From Candidatus Wolfebacteria bacterium GW2011_GWE2_44_13 (lineage in GTDB: Bacteria; Patescibacteriota; Minisyncoccia; UBA6257; UBA9933): a stretch of DNA of 64,000 nucleotides. The stretch spans positions 289,424 to 353,423 of the forward strand of contig LCHW01000001.1 in assembly GCA_001000675.1 (NCBI GenBank), in the 5' to 3' direction. Shown here one piece after another: positions 48,870 through 59,056 of the stretch (positions are counted from its first letter, which is position 1; every line of letters starts with the position of its first letter). A program made the translations under genes and the position numbers. The notes under the pieces were generated by a model. That model did not search any database, was not told the origin of the DNA, and saw nothing but the letters and a program-made list of their open reading frames with translations.

Positions 48870-51800
48870 ATGAATTTTAACGCTATTAAATTGAAAGTCG
48901 CTTCGCCGGAGGACATTCTGAAATGGTCCCATGGTGAAGTTACCAAGCCGGAAACAATCAACTACCGAACCCAGCGTCCGGAAAAGGATGGTTTGTTTTC
49001 TGAGCGTATCTTTGGACCAACAAAAGATTACGAGTGCTATTGTGGAAAATACCGACGCGTTCGTTATAAAGGACTTACGTGTGATAAGTGTGGTGTAGAA
49101 GTAACGCACTCCAGTGTTCGACGAGAACGCATGGGGCATATTTCGCTTGCCGCTCCGGTTGCCCATATTTGGTTCTTGAAAGTTGTTCCATCTCGTTTGT
49201 CACTCTTTTTGGATATTCCAGTGCAGAAGCTTGAAAAGGTTGTGTACTATGCAGCGTATGTTATTACCCGCGTCAATGATGATGCTCGTAAGCGTGTGTT
49301 GAAAGAGCTTGAGGACGAGGTAAAAATGAAGAAGAAGGAGTACGAGGACGACAAGGATAAAGCCAAGATTGTCGAAGATCGCTCTGAGCAAATCAAGAAG
49401 CAATTGAAGTCCCTTAAAGAGGGTCAGATTCTTGCCGAAGCAGAATATTTTGAATTATCTCGAAAATACGGTGATGTGCTTGAGGCACTTTCTGGAGCAG
49501 GCGCTATGCGTCAGCTGTTGGAGAGAATCGACCTTAAGAAGTTGCTCACCCAGACCGAGCGTGAATTAGAAGAAACCGGTGACGAAGGGCAGAAAAAGAA
49601 GTTGCTCATGCGCTTGCGCTTGATCCATGCATTTACTCGACACAATATGCGTCCTGAGTGGATGATCATGACTCAGTTGCCAGTATTGCCGCCAGAAATC
49701 CGACCGATGGTCGCACTTGATGGAGGCCGTTATGCAACATCTGATTTGAACGATTTGTATCGTCGTGTTATCAACCGCAACAACCGTTTGAAGAAGCTCA
49801 TGGAGTTGCATGCGCCGGAGATCATTGTGGTCAACGAAAAGCGCATGTTGCAGGAAGCGGTGGATGCATTGATCGACAATGCGAGCCGTGGAGGAAGTGC
49901 TGTGCAGTTGTCTGCTCAAAAGCGACCATTGCGCTCACTTGCTGATATTTTGAAAGGTAAGCAGGGCCGTTTCCGACAGAACTTGCTTGGAAAGCGCGTA
50001 GATTATTCCGGACGTTCCGTTATTATCGTTGGACCTGAATTGCCGTTGAATTGCTGTGGATTGCCAAAGAAGATGGCACTTGAATTGTTCAAGCCATTTG
50101 TCATTAGCCGTATCATCAGCGACGGACTTGCACACACCATCAAGAATGCTACTCGTTTGATCGAGCAAGCACCTGCTGAAGTGTGGGCAATTCTCGAAGA
50201 CGTTATCAAGGACAAGAAGGTGTTGCTTAACCGTGCACCGACATTGCATCGTCTTGGTATCCAAGCCTTTAAGCCGATTTTGCATGAAGAGCTTGCTATT
50301 AAGATTCCGCCTATGGTTTGTTCTGCGTTTAACGCCGACTTCGACGGAGACCAAATGGCTGTTCACTTGCCACTCTCCGATGAAGCACAGAAAGAGGCAA
50401 CAGAGCTGATGCTCTCTAGCCGCAATATTTTGAAGCCAGCTGACGGTGCACCTGTTGCGTCGCCATCACTCGATATTGTTTTGGGTTGTTACTATTTGAC
50501 CAGTATCGTAGAAGGTGCGAAGGGAGAAGGAAAAGTATTTTCATCACCTGATGAAGCAAAAATCGCGCTTGAAGCCGGATACGTTGCTATCAACGCATCA
50601 GTGAAGATATTAATGGGTCGTGGCAATCTTGTTGAAACCAGCGTAGGCCGCATCATTTTCAATGAAGCGCTTCCTGAGAACTTTGGCTATGAGAATACCC
50701 TTATGAATAAGAAGGGACTCCAGCGCGTTGTTGCTACTGTTACTAGTGAGTACGGTATCGATAACACATGGATGATTCTTGATGCTATCAAAGATCTTGG
50801 ATTCAAATACGCAACTTTGTCTGCTACTACGTGGGCAATGGCCGATCTTATCATTCCAAAAGATAAGAAGGCGATTATCACCCAGGCAGAAAAGGAAGTC
50901 GAAGTTATTGAACAACAGTACGAAGAAGGATTCTTGACCGACGAAGAACGCCGAGAGCGCGTTGTCGAAACGTGGACAGGAACAATGGATAAGGTATCCA
51001 AAGTTACTCCGCTTGCGTTGAAAGAATCAGGACCAGGAAACTCAGCATATTCCATCATCGATTCTGGTGCTCGTGGATCATGGGCATCTGCTATGCAGAT
51101 GATCGGTATGAAAGGTTTGGTGCAGAACCCGCAAGGAGACATTATCGAACTTCCGGTAAAGTCATCCTTCAAGGAAGGACTTTCGGTATTGGAGTTCTTC
51201 ATCAACTCACACGGTGCGCGTAAAGGTTTGACTGATACTGCATTGAAAACTGCAGAGGCAGGATACCTTACTCGTAAGCTCGTGGATGTATCACAGAACT
51301 TAATCATTCGTGAAGATGATTGTAAGACGACCGAAGGGATTGAAATGTATCGCTCCGATGGAGATGAATATGGATATCCGTTTGGAACACGTTGCTTTAG
51401 CCGAACCGTCCTTGAGGATGTAAAGGTAGGTAACAAAGTTATCGTAAAGGCAGGGGAGAGCGTTACGCGCGAAGCTGCTGAAATCATTAACAACGAACCG
51501 AAGATTGAATCTATCAAGATGCGATCACCGCTCCGCTGTAAGACCCTCTATGGTGCTTGCTCGAAGTGTTATGGATACGATTTGGGACGTGGTGAATTGA
51601 TTAAGACCGGAGAAGCTGTTGGTGTTATCGCCGCACAGTCTATCGGTGAACCAGGAACGCAGCTCACGCTCCGTACTTTCCACAAGGGAGGTATCGCGGG
51701 AGTCGACATTACCCATGGTTTACCTCGTGTTCAAGAAATCTTTGAGTGCCGTTTGCCAAAGGGAAAGGCTATCCTTGCCGATGACGATGGTACGATTGAA

Positions 51801-52451
51801 GAAATTGAAGACAAGGACGCATTGAAAGCAGTTCGTTTGAAAATTATCAAGGCAAAGAAAACAAAGATTATTGAATACCTTGTACCACGCAGCATCCGCT
51901 TGTACGTAAAGGTAGGCGATGTCGTTGAACGAGGACAACAGTTGTGCGAAGGAAGCCTTGATTTGAAAGAATTGTTTGAATACCGTGGTATTGAAGCAGT
52001 TGAACGCTATGCAGTGAACGAAATCCAGCGCATTTATGTGCCGGAAGGTAACACGATTAACGATAAGCACATCGAAATCATCGTGAAGCAAATGTTCTCT
52101 CGCGTTATGATTAAGGAGGCGGGTGAGACAGAGTTCGTTACCGGAGAGGTAATCGAAAAGTCTCGTTTCCTTGAAATCAATCGTGAAATGCGAAAGGCAG
52201 GCAAAGCGCCAGCAAAAGCCAAACAGCTCTTACTGGGTATCGCACGGGTATCGCTTTCAACCGAAAGCTTCCTGTCGAGTGCATCCTTCCAGGAAACAAA
52301 CCGCGTACTCGTTGCCGCAGCCACTGAAGGTAAGGAAGATCGTCTCCGAGGACTTAAGGAAAACGTTATTATCGGTAAGCTCATTCCTGCGGGAACTGGC
52401 TATAATTTAACGGGAACCGAAGAGTTTCTTGAAGAGGAAGTGTTGGAATAA
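48870..52451 (+). CDS. rpoC: RNA polymerase beta' subunit
   Basis: [30 protein letters not shown]; start at MNFNAIK. Confidence 0.99.
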   Translation: MNFNAIKLKVASPEDILKWSHGEVTKPETINYRTQRPEKDGLFSERIFGPTKDYECYCGKYRRVRYKGLTCDKCGVEVTHSSVRRERMGHISLAAPVAHIWFLKVVPSRLSLFLDIPVQKLEKVVYYAAYVITRVNDDARKRVLKELEDEVKMKKKEYEDDKDKAKIVEDRSEQIKKQLKSLKEGQILAEAEYFELSRKYGDVLEALSGAGAMRQLLERIDLKKLLTQTERELEETGDEGQKKKLLMRLRLIHAFTRHNMRPEWMIMTQLPVLPPEIRPMVALDGGRYATSDLNDLYRRVINRNNRLKKLMELHAPEIIVVNEKRMLQEAVDALIDNASRGGSAVQLSAQKRPLRSLADILKGKQGRFRQNLLGKRVDYSGRSVIIVGPELPLNCCGLPKKMALELFKPFVISRIISDGLAHTIKNATRLIEQAPAEVWAILEDVIKDKKVLLNRAPTLHRLGIQAFKPILHEELAIKIPPMVCSAFNADFDGDQMAVHLPLSDEAQKEATELMLSSRNILKPADGAPVASPSLDIVLGCYYLTSIVEGAKGEGKVFSSPDEAKIALEAGYVAINASVKILMGRGNLVETSVGRIIFNEALPENFGYENTLMNKKGLQRVVATVTSEYGIDNTWMILDAIKDLGFKYATLSATTWAMADLIIPKDKKAIITQAEKEVEVIEQQYEEGFLTDEERRERVVETWTGTMDKVSKVTPLALKESGPGNSAYSIIDSGARGSWASAMQMIGMKGLVQNPQGDIIELPVKSSFKEGLSVLEFFINSHGARKGLTDTALKTAEAGYLTRKLVDVSQNLIIREDDCKTTEGIEMYRSDGDEYGYPFGTRCFSRTVLEDVKVGNKVIVKAGESVTREAAEIINNEPKIESIKMRSPLRCKTLYGACSKCYGYDLGRGELIKTGEAVGVIAAQSIGEPGTQLTLRTFHKGGIAGVDITHGLPRVQEIFECRLPKGKAILADDDGTIEEIEDKDALKAVRLKIIKAKKTKIIEYLVPRSIRLYVKVGDVVERGQQLCEGSLDLKELFEYRGIEAVERYAVNEIQRIYVPEGNTINDKHIEIIVKQMFSRVMIKEAGETEFVTGEVIEKSRFLEINREMRKAGKAPAKAKQLLLGIARVSLSTESFLSSASFQETNRVLVAAATEGKEDRLRGLKENVIIGKLIPAGTGYNLTGTEEFLEEEVLE

Positions 52452-52484
52452 TCAACAATTAACTGAAAAGACTCCGCCTCCCCG

Positions 52485-52512
52485 TGTCATTCCCGCGGAG
52501 GCGGGAATCCAG
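52485..52512 (+). repeat. TGTCA-tagged REP-like palindrome (single)
   Basis: tgtcattcccgcggaggcgggaatccag. Confidence 0.8.
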
Positions 52513-52522
52513 TATTTCTGCT

Positions 52523-52551
52523 TTGACATTAAGCAAATAATCTAGTACAGT
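52523..52551 (+). promoter_or_regulatory. Sigma70 promoter of rpsF (leaderless geometry)
   Basis: TTGACA-17bp-TACAGT, 7 nt before ATG. Confidence 0.6.
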
Positions 52552-52558
52552 ACACACC

Positions 52559-52993
52559 ATGGAACAGCAAGTAAAAAAATATGAAATCGGGTTTTTGGTA
52601 AGGGAAGAATCCGAAGTCGACGAAATCAAGAACGCACTCGCAGCCGCAAAGGCAGAAGTCGTTTCTGAAGGTCGATTGAAGAAGATTCGCTTATCCTATC
52701 CTATTAAAAAGGAAACAGTAGCCCATTTCGGTTATTACTGGTTCATGCTTGATACTCAGGCCGTAAAGGAAATGGACGCAAAATTGCGTCTCAATACCAA
52801 AGTTTTGCGACACATCATAATCGCGGAACCGCTTGAGCTCAACAATGAAGAACGAGTAGCCGGAGTACGTGGTGAAAAGACCGAGAAACCTCGAGAGCGT
52901 TCTGCTGAGAAGCCTGCAACAAAAAAACCAGCTGATTTTGATGCAGTCGACAATGCTGTGCTTGAGAAGACGTTAGAAGACATCCTAAAATAA
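52559..52993 (+). CDS. rpsF: 30S ribosomal protein S6
   Basis: YEIGF, LSYPIKK, VLRHII; rpsF-ssb-rpsR order. Confidence 0.92.
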   Translation: MEQQVKKYEIGFLVREESEVDEIKNALAAAKAEVVSEGRLKKIRLSYPIKKETVAHFGYYWFMLDTQAVKEMDAKLRLNTKVLRHIIIAEPLELNNEERVAGVRGEKTEKPRERSAEKPATKKPADFDAVDNAVLEKTLEDILK

Positions 52994-53119
52994 TCATACT
53001 TCATGTGTTTGGCGATCTGCTGTGTTGCGGGTCCTCGTTGTTTCGGTCGAAGTGCTACTGCACGTCTTCCTCGACAACGTTCCCGCGCCTTGCATCTCAT
53101 CCAAACACAAGAACTATGA
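52994..53119. repeat. Structured intergenic element, family A copy 2
   Basis: tcata/tatga, tgtgtttgg/ccaaacaca, gcggg/cccgc, cgttgt/acaacg; homologous to 23041-23162. Confidence 0.75.
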
Positions 53120-53138
53120 GCACAATTAATACTCATTT

Positions 53139-53618
53139 ATGGATCTAAACAAAGTATTCGTAGCCGGTCGTTTAACCGCAGATCCGATCCTGAAGACAAC
53201 ACCGCAAGGTCAGTCAGTAGCAACCTTCTCAATCGCAACTAACAGTTCGTGGATTGATAAGAGTGGTGCGAAAAAGGAAGAGGTCGAATATCACAACATT
53301 GTGGTATGGGGGCGACAGGCGGAAAATTCTGCAAAGTTTCTCACCAAGGGAGCAATCGCACTCGTCGAAGGACGAATGAAGACGCGCTCATGGCAAAACC
53401 AGCAAGGACAGACCGTAAAAACTACCGAGATCATCGCTGATCGTGTCCAGTTTGGACCACGAGCAGGCGGAGGAGGAGGTATGGCTGCGCACACAAATCA
53501 TGCTGATGCGCCAGCGCACGACGACTTTGGATCAGGCCCTTCTTCACTTGAAGAAGAAGCCCTTCCACAAATCGATATCGATGAAGAAGATATCAAGCCG
53601 GAGGACTTACCGTTCTAA
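53139..53618 (+). CDS. ssb: Single-stranded DNA-binding protein
   Basis: LNKVFVAGRL, C-terminal EDLPF. Confidence 0.97.
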   Translation: MDLNKVFVAGRLTADPILKTTPQGQSVATFSIATNSSWIDKSGAKKEEVEYHNIVVWGRQAENSAKFLTKGAIALVEGRMKTRSWQNQQGQTVKTTEIIADRVQFGPRAGGGGGMAAHTNHADAPAHDDFGSGPSSLEEEALPQIDIDEEDIKPEDLPF

Positions 53619-53706
53619 GGCAGCAGGAGTTGATACGTTAGCCGGTTCGTCGAACCGTGGCGACCGAACAACGTTCCACCAACCAATCAACTAATACAAC
53701 AAACAT

Positions 53707-53913
53707 ATGGTAACAAAGCAATGCTTTTTCTGTTCTCAAAACTTGAAGACACTCGACTATAAAGAAGTCGATTTACTGAAGCGTTTCGTTTCTGGTCAGG
53801 CTAAGATCATCGATCCTCGCCACACCGGAACATGCGCAAAGCACCAGCGTATGATTGCGAGTGCTGTAAAGCGTTCCCGATTCATGGCGCTGCTTCCGTT
53901 CGTAAAACGATAA
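53707..53913 (+). CDS. rpsR: 30S ribosomal protein S18 (Zn-binding form)
   Basis: CFFC..DYK..TGTCAKHQR..ALLPF. Confidence 0.96.
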   Translation: MVTKQCFFCSQNLKTLDYKEVDLLKRFVSGQAKIIDPRHTGTCAKHQRMIASAVKRSRFMALLPFVKR

Positions 53914-53997
53914 GAATTTTTTCGAAAATTCTTTACTCGGTTTGCTCGCCCAACATGCAAATGCATTTGCCCGTTGGCGCTCGCTGCCGAGCATGAA

Positions 53998-54037
53998 CAA
54001 CTAAAAATCCCCAGCCTTTGGCTGGGGATTTTTAGTT
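53998..54037 (+). terminator. Strong hairpin terminator after rpsR
   Basis: aactaaaaatccccagcc/ggctggggatttttagtt. Confidence 0.75.
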
Positions 54038-54045
54038 AAACAGCC

Positions 54046-54468
54046 TGTCATTCCCCGCGGAGCTTGCCGCGTGGTCCATCTCGGGTGGACTTTACGTGGG
54101 CGGGAATCCATCTTTTCGTACTTTTTCAAAAAAGTACATCCGTCGGATTCGTGTCGGAGTAATCGAATCCGACAGCCCGGCACGTTGCACGTTTACTTCG
54201 CTCACTAGCAACGCCAAGGGCAAAACTTCGAACCAGAAATATTTCGGGGTCGCCTCCAAAACGGCTGAAGCTCGGAACTCGTACGCCGAGGGTAGGCGCA
54301 CTCAAACACCGAGCTTCTTCCGATATTTTTCCAGCGCCCTTAATCCGAAATATTTCCATGTTCGTAAACTCAAAATCCGTCCCTTCCGTCATTCCTGCGA
54401 AAGCCCAAATTTGTGCGACGATTTTATTAGTTATAACTTTACGCTATAGCGTAAAGTTATGGCTAATA
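54046..54468. repeat. Cluster of nested palindromic elements
   Basis: Interrupted REP (54046-54110), several hairpins, truncated REP (54387-54404), 28-bp perfect palindrome (54433-54460). Confidence 0.65.
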
Positions 54469-54574
54469 TAAAAAGGGTGTGTTGCCCCCCTGAAAGCCAA
54501 GGGTGCTTCTGGGAAATTTGACAATTTTCTGCTATTCGTGTTAGATAAAGCCAGATCTAAAACAACTTTAAGGA

Positions 54575-55351
54575 ATGGGAGATTGTGCGATGAAGCAGAT
54601 TATTTGGTTGGTATTGGTAATGGCACTGTGTTCCTCCGCCGTACTTGCTGCTGATGTTGTGCAGCGAGAGGGAAAGGATGTGGTCCGGTATAGCATGGTT
54701 GAATTGGAACGGTACAAAGATGTTCCTTCGGCCGTGCCTAACGAAGAGGCGATCAAGATTGTGCAAAGTGGCAAAGGGGAGTATGTTCTGCCGGAGAAAA
54801 AATTAAAGCTTATACTCCGCGCAAGATTGCCAATCATGCACACGTATATTAGCGAAGAAACTGCTTGGCAATATCGTGATGGAGCTTGGGTTTCGTCTGC
54901 GACGCAGGAAAAGCCGCCTTTCAAGAACAGCACATGGGGCACTATTTTTCTATTAGTGTTCCCAACCGTGGCGCTGATGGTTATGAGTATCGGCAATCGA
55001 ATAACCTCAACAGGGGGTTCTCGCTTGCTCCTGCCGTATGGGTTTTTCGTGACTGCTCCGCTTGTAACGATGTGGTGGAGCAATTACCTAGGACCTTTCT
55101 TGGTTGCTGCGATAGTGCTTATATTTTTAGCAATATGCAGTGATGACTTCGAGTGGAAATTTTTTCCCGCTATCGCGAATATTTTAGGCCTTCTTCTTGT
55201 CTCTGCTGCGACGTATTTTCCGACATGGGAGTCGGAGATGGCATTTTCAATTATTTACCCCACGCTTCTCTCTGGGAGTTGCCTGGCTTCGTATGTAGTC
55301 AGTCGGCTGTTCTTTAAACGCCCCGTTCCCCCCGTTCCTTTGGAATCCTGA
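54575..55351 (+). CDS. Hypothetical membrane protein with signal peptide
   Basis: MKQIIWLV signal (alternative start 54590), ~5 C-terminal TM. Confidence 0.65.
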   Translation: MGDCAMKQIIWLVLVMALCSSAVLAADVVQREGKDVVRYSMVELERYKDVPSAVPNEEAIKIVQSGKGEYVLPEKKLKLILRARLPIMHTYISEETAWQYRDGAWVSSATQEKPPFKNSTWGTIFLLVFPTVALMVMSIGNRITSTGGSRLLLPYGFFVTAPLVTMWWSNYLGPFLVAAIVLIFLAICSDDFEWKFFPAIANILGLLLVSAATYFPTWESEMAFSIIYPTLLSGSCLASYVVSRLFFKRPVPPVPLES

Positions 55352-55450
55352 TACCCCTTTGGGATCCAGGGCCGTTAGCTTGCTGACGGCCCTTTTTTGT
55401 GCCTCTATTTTTGTAGCCCCTGTGCTTATTTTTTGGTATACTTGCTTTGT

Positions 55451-55624
55451 ATGGCTAACTTTATATTATTGAAAGCCTTTGATTCAAAGGCAAAAGCAGA
55501 AGAATTTCGTTTTTTGTTTGAAATGATGGGTGTTGACGCCAAAACTGATAAAGGGAATCTATTAGTTTCTGAGGATCACTTACAAAAAGCAAAAGAATTG
55601 GCAGAAGATTATTTTAAGGAATAA
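55451..55624 (+). CDS. Small DUF2007/PII-like signal-transducing protein
   Basis: AEEFRFLFEMMGVDA...LLVSEDHLQKAKEL pattern; TATACT upstream. Confidence 0.5.
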   Translation: MANFILLKAFDSKAKAEEFRFLFEMMGVDAKTDKGNLLVSEDHLQKAKELAEDYFKE

Positions 55625-55626
55625 GT

Positions 55627-56532
55627 ATGACATTATACACGCACAAGGATTCTAATATCCGAAAAACCTGGTTTTTATTTACCGCATTTCTCATTGTCGT
55701 TATTGGCATTGGATACCTTTTTTCGAGCATCTATCAGTCATCCGCTATTTTGTATGGCGTAATTGGCTTTGCATTTTTTATGAATTTCTTTTCGTATTGG
55801 TTCTCCGACAAAATTGTTTTGTCTATGGCACATGCGAAACAAATTGAGAAAAAGGACAATCCTGATTTGTATAACATTGTGGAAAATTTATGCATTACTG
55901 CGGGCTTGCCTATGCCGCGACTGTATATTGTACATGAATCGCAACCAAACGCATTTGCAACAGGGCGTGATCCAAAGCACGCAGTCGTCGCGGTTACGCA
56001 AGGGCTCCTTGATAAGCTCGATCGCGCTGAACTTGAAGGTGTTATTGCGCATGAATTGTCCCACGTTGGTAATCGAGATATGTTGATTGGTACGGTAGTT
56101 GTGGTTCTTGTAGGATTCATTTCTATTTTGGCAGATATTTTTATGCGCTCTGCGCTATGGGGAAGTTTTTCTGATCGAGATAATCGTGACAGTGGGCAGG
56201 CAGGGGCTATTATATTTGTTATCGGCATTGCTGTTTCAATCCTTGCGCCTATTTCTGCACAGTTGATGCATTTGGCTATTTCACGTAAGCGTGAATTTCT
56301 TGCGGATGCTTCGGGTGCATTATTGACCCGCTATCCAGAAGGCCTTGCGAGTGCGTTAGAAAAGATTTCCAGCGCTTCTGTGCCCATGAGCGTAGCAAAT
56401 AATACCACGGCTCACTTATGGCTCGATGACCCGTTCAAGGGCCGCCAGAAGACAAATTGGCTGCATAAGATGTTTATGACCCATCCACCTGCGGAGGAGC
56501 GAATAGCAGCGCTTCGCGGTATGAAAGTTTGA
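55627..56532 (+). CDS. htpX: Zinc metalloprotease HtpX (M48)
   Basis: PNAFATGR, HELSH, SRKREFLADA, THPP. Confidence 0.95.
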   Translation: MTLYTHKDSNIRKTWFLFTAFLIVVIGIGYLFSSIYQSSAILYGVIGFAFFMNFFSYWFSDKIVLSMAHAKQIEKKDNPDLYNIVENLCITAGLPMPRLYIVHESQPNAFATGRDPKHAVVAVTQGLLDKLDRAELEGVIAHELSHVGNRDMLIGTVVVVLVGFISILADIFMRSALWGSFSDRDNRDSGQAGAIIFVIGIAVSILAPISAQLMHLAISRKREFLADASGALLTRYPEGLASALEKISSASVPMSVANNTTAHLWLDDPFKGRQKTNWLHKMFMTHPPAEERIAALRGMKV

Positions 56533-56588
56533 AATTGAATTGGTCGATTTTCACATTCACTCACGTAATAATTTGACGATTTATCTAT

Positions 56589-57242
56589 ATGATACAACGT
56601 GTAGAACAACTTGAGGCAAAAGTGAAAGCGTTGAAGAAAGAAATTTCTGGGTGTAAAAAGGAATTAACAAGGCTGCAAAAAACTGCTGAGTTTGATTTTT
56701 TAACTGGCGTATATAATCGGCATGGATTTATGCGTGAGTCTGAGCGTTTTATCCGAGAAATGGAGGCTGAACGAAAACATCAAGGGAGACGACAAACCCC
56801 TCTTGTTTCGCGTATATCTATAATTTTTATCGACGTAGACAACCTCAAGCGCGTCAATGATACCTTAGGACATAAAGAGGGTGATCGATATTTGCTGCTT
56901 ATTGCTCGAGTGCTTACCCGTTCGGTACGAAGTACTATCGATATCGTTGGACGCTGGGGCGGAGATGAATTTGTCATTGCATTGATTAATGCAACCGATG
57001 CGGAAGCACTTCGCGTTGCAGAAAAGCTAAAGCGACGAATAGGAAAAATTCCGCTGTACAAAAAAATGGATTCCGATTTTGTTTGCAGCGCCAGCTTTGG
57101 GTTGATCTCTACCGACGGGACGCACCAGCATCCGAATTATGGTTTACACGAACTGATAGAGAAAGCGGATAAGGCCATGTATGAAGCAAAGACAACGGAA
57201 GGAAAAGGGGTCATTGTTTCCTTTTCAGAAATAACAGAGTAA
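56589..57242 (+). CDS. Diguanylate cyclase (coiled coil + GGDEF)
   Basis: DFLTGVYNR, IDVDNLKRVND, RWGGDEF, ADKAMY. Confidence 0.93.
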   Translation: MIQRVEQLEAKVKALKKEISGCKKELTRLQKTAEFDFLTGVYNRHGFMRESERFIREMEAERKHQGRRQTPLVSRISIIFIDVDNLKRVNDTLGHKEGDRYLLLIARVLTRSVRSTIDIVGRWGGDEFVIALINATDAEALRVAEKLKRRIGKIPLYKKMDSDFVCSASFGLISTDGTHQHPNYGLHELIEKADKAMYEAKTTEGKGVIVSFSEITE

Positions 57243-57253
57243 AATACTCATAT

Positions 57254-57511
57254 ATGGGATTTTCGCTATTTCGCGTTAAATATATTCCGGTGTATGTTGC
57301 CTTCAATGCAAATCTTGCGTGGATTGTGCAGGATTATTTATTGGCAAATGGCATTGATGCGAGTATTGAGGTTGAACCGTGTTCCCGAGAAGGTGTTTGC
57401 GAGACAAAAGACTCCTACGCCGTTTGTGTTCCTGGAAGCAAGGCTGAGGCTGCACAAAAATTTGTTGAGCAATGTGAAGCAACGAAGATAATTGGTTTTC
57501 TTGCTGCATAA
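57254..57511 (+). CDS. Small DUF2007-like protein
   Basis: AWIVQDYLLANGIDA...VCVPGSKAEAAQKFV. Confidence 0.55.
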   Translation: MGFSLFRVKYIPVYVAFNANLAWIVQDYLLANGIDASIEVEPCSREGVCETKDSYAVCVPGSKAEAAQKFVEQCEATKIIGFLAA

Positions 57512-57549
57512 ACAAAAAAACGCCCAAGGCGTTTTTTTGTTTATGCAAA

Positions 57550-57969
57550 TTAGTGCCACATCCCGAGAATAAGACCAAAAAGCACAAAGAGAACGAGTTG
57601 ATATCCTGCTTGAATCAAGAATCGTGCCCATGATACTTTTGCGGAGTCGTTATTCCACATAGCAGATCCTGCCACCGTTGGCATAATGAACGCCGCCCAA
57701 ATCCAAAGTGCATTTATTAATCCAGAGGCATCTGTCCATCCTGCAATATAGTAGGCAAGTACCCAGACTTGGAAAAGTGAAAGAATAAATTGAACGACAT
57801 AGAGTTTATTCGCGCGCTTCATCATTTCTCTTCTTACGATCTCGTCGAGCTTAGTTGCCCCGGTTATTTCCAGCCATTTTTTACCGAAGAGTGGTCCGTA
57901 CCAGATAAACCCCAAAACCATAGAAAGAATAGCACATACTAATACTGCCCAGTAGTTTATTGTAATCAT
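57550..57969 (-). CDS. DUF1761 family membrane protein
   Basis: INYWAVLV..LGFIWYGPLFGKKW. Confidence 0.88.
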   Translation of the reverse strand: MITINYWAVLVCAILSMVLGFIWYGPLFGKKWLEITGATKLDEIVRREMMKRANKLYVVQFILSLFQVWVLAYYIAGWTDASGLINALWIWAAFIMPTVAGSAMWNNDSAKVSWARFLIQAGYQLVLFVLFGLILGMWH

Positions 57970-58001
57970 AGTGTTATAAAAAATTATTCGACCTTTTGTT
58001 C

Positions 58002-58622
58002 TTAGTGGTTATGTTGCTTTATTGTAAAGACATGAGCATCTGCAGCTTTTGAATCTTCCGAGAGTAATAGTAGTTCTGAGTTTCCGAAGTGAAACATTGT
58101 GAGAATATCCTTCCAGTCAAGATTGTAATAGGCTGCGTAGAGCATCTTTCCTAAATCTCCGTGAGAAACGAGTAAGATATTTTCATCATCTGCGTGTGCA
58201 TCTTTTATTTCTTGTAGTGCGCGCTTTGCCCGTTCTAGAAGCTGGGGAAATGTTTCTGCGTTTTCAGCGGTAAGAAAATAGGTAACGATGTTCGTTTTGA
58301 TAATATTAGGGGCACAAAGTAATGCTATGTCCTTTACTAATTTACCAGTCATTACTCCAAAATCTCGCTCAATTAGCAGGGGCATTTTTTGGGGATCTAG
58401 TAATCCAAGTTTTTTCGTTACTATTTCTGCGGTAGCATATGCGCGACATAGGGGAGAGCTATATACGGCGTCAAAAGTAAGCCCAAGCTTTTCAATGTGT
58501 GTGGCTAATTGCTGCGCTTGTTCGATACCAATCGCAGTAAGTGGACGATCTCTGTGTCCGTTTAAAATACCCTCGGCATTATCTTCGTTTTGTCCGTGAC
58601 GCGAAAGGTATATGTGTAACAT
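58002..58622 (-). CDS. Histidine phosphatase family protein
   Basis: RHGQ, SSPLCRA, ERDFG, VSHG. Confidence 0.92.
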   Translation of the reverse strand: MLHIYLSRHGQNEDNAEGILNGHRDRPLTAIGIEQAQQLATHIEKLGLTFDAVYSSPLCRAYATAEIVTKKLGLLDPQKMPLLIERDFGVMTGKLVKDIALLCAPNIIKTNIVTYFLTAENAETFPQLLERAKRALQEIKDAHADDENILLVSHGDLGKMLYAAYYNLDWKDILTMFHFGNSELLLLSEDSKAADAHVFTIKQHNH

Positions 58623-58701
58623 TAGTATAATCCTATCATATTTTGATCATAAGTTGCCAAAGGCCCTGTTTTCACTTACAATACCATGGTATTTACTACA
58701 T

Positions 58702-58752
58702 GGAGGGGTCGCATCCAGCCCAAGGCTGGTCCGCCCTGGGCGGAAGTGGTCG
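58702..58752 (+). pseudogene. Duplicated tRNA-Ser 5' end interrupted by a 30-nt double hairpin
   Basis: ggaggggtcgcat[ccagcccaaggctggtccgccctgggcgga]agtggtcg vs tRNA ggaggggtcgcatagtggccg. Confidence 0.8.
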
Positions 58753-58768
58753 TCTACTTATTTTATAT

Positions 58769-59056
58769 ATGCATTACGTGTATATTATCAGGAGTGATAA
58801 AAATGGTAAGTTGTATAAAGGATCAACCTGTGATTTAAAAACGCGATTACGTGAACATAATAGCGGTGTGACGCAATCTACGAAGGCTTACGCTCCGTGG
58901 CGATTAGTGTATTATGCGGTATTTGCGGATAAGACAGACGCGTTGCGTGAGGAGTTGTTTTTAAAGAGTGGCAAAGGGAGAGAGCGTGTAAACTTTTTAC
59001 TTGCCAATACTCTTGTGAGATGCCAAAATACAAAGAATATTGGAGGGGTCGCATAG
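58769..59056 (+). CDS. Small GIY-YIG endonuclease (95 aa)
   Basis: YVYIIRS..LYKGST.DL..RL.EHN..E..LKSGKGR; stop lies inside the tRNA-Ser 5' end. Confidence 0.9.
   Translation: MHYVYIIRSDKNGKLYKGSTCDLKTRLREHNSGVTQSTKAYAPWRLVYYAVFADKTDALREELFLKSGKGRERVNFLLANTLVRCQNTKNIGGVA

Noticed and set aside
50687-51517. Long antisense ORFs (here, and at 11148-11879 and 33308-33961)
   Set aside because: Antisense shadows of conserved genes caused by codon bias.
44438-52993. Non-canonical gene order (mltG-rpoB-rpoC-rpsF; rplU without rpmA)
   Set aside because: Operon shuffling is common in CPR; not distinctive without comparison.
58643-58768. N-terminal extension of the GIY-YIG ORF
   Set aside because: It runs through the pseudo-tRNA and hairpin; the family-typical start is MHYVY at 58769.
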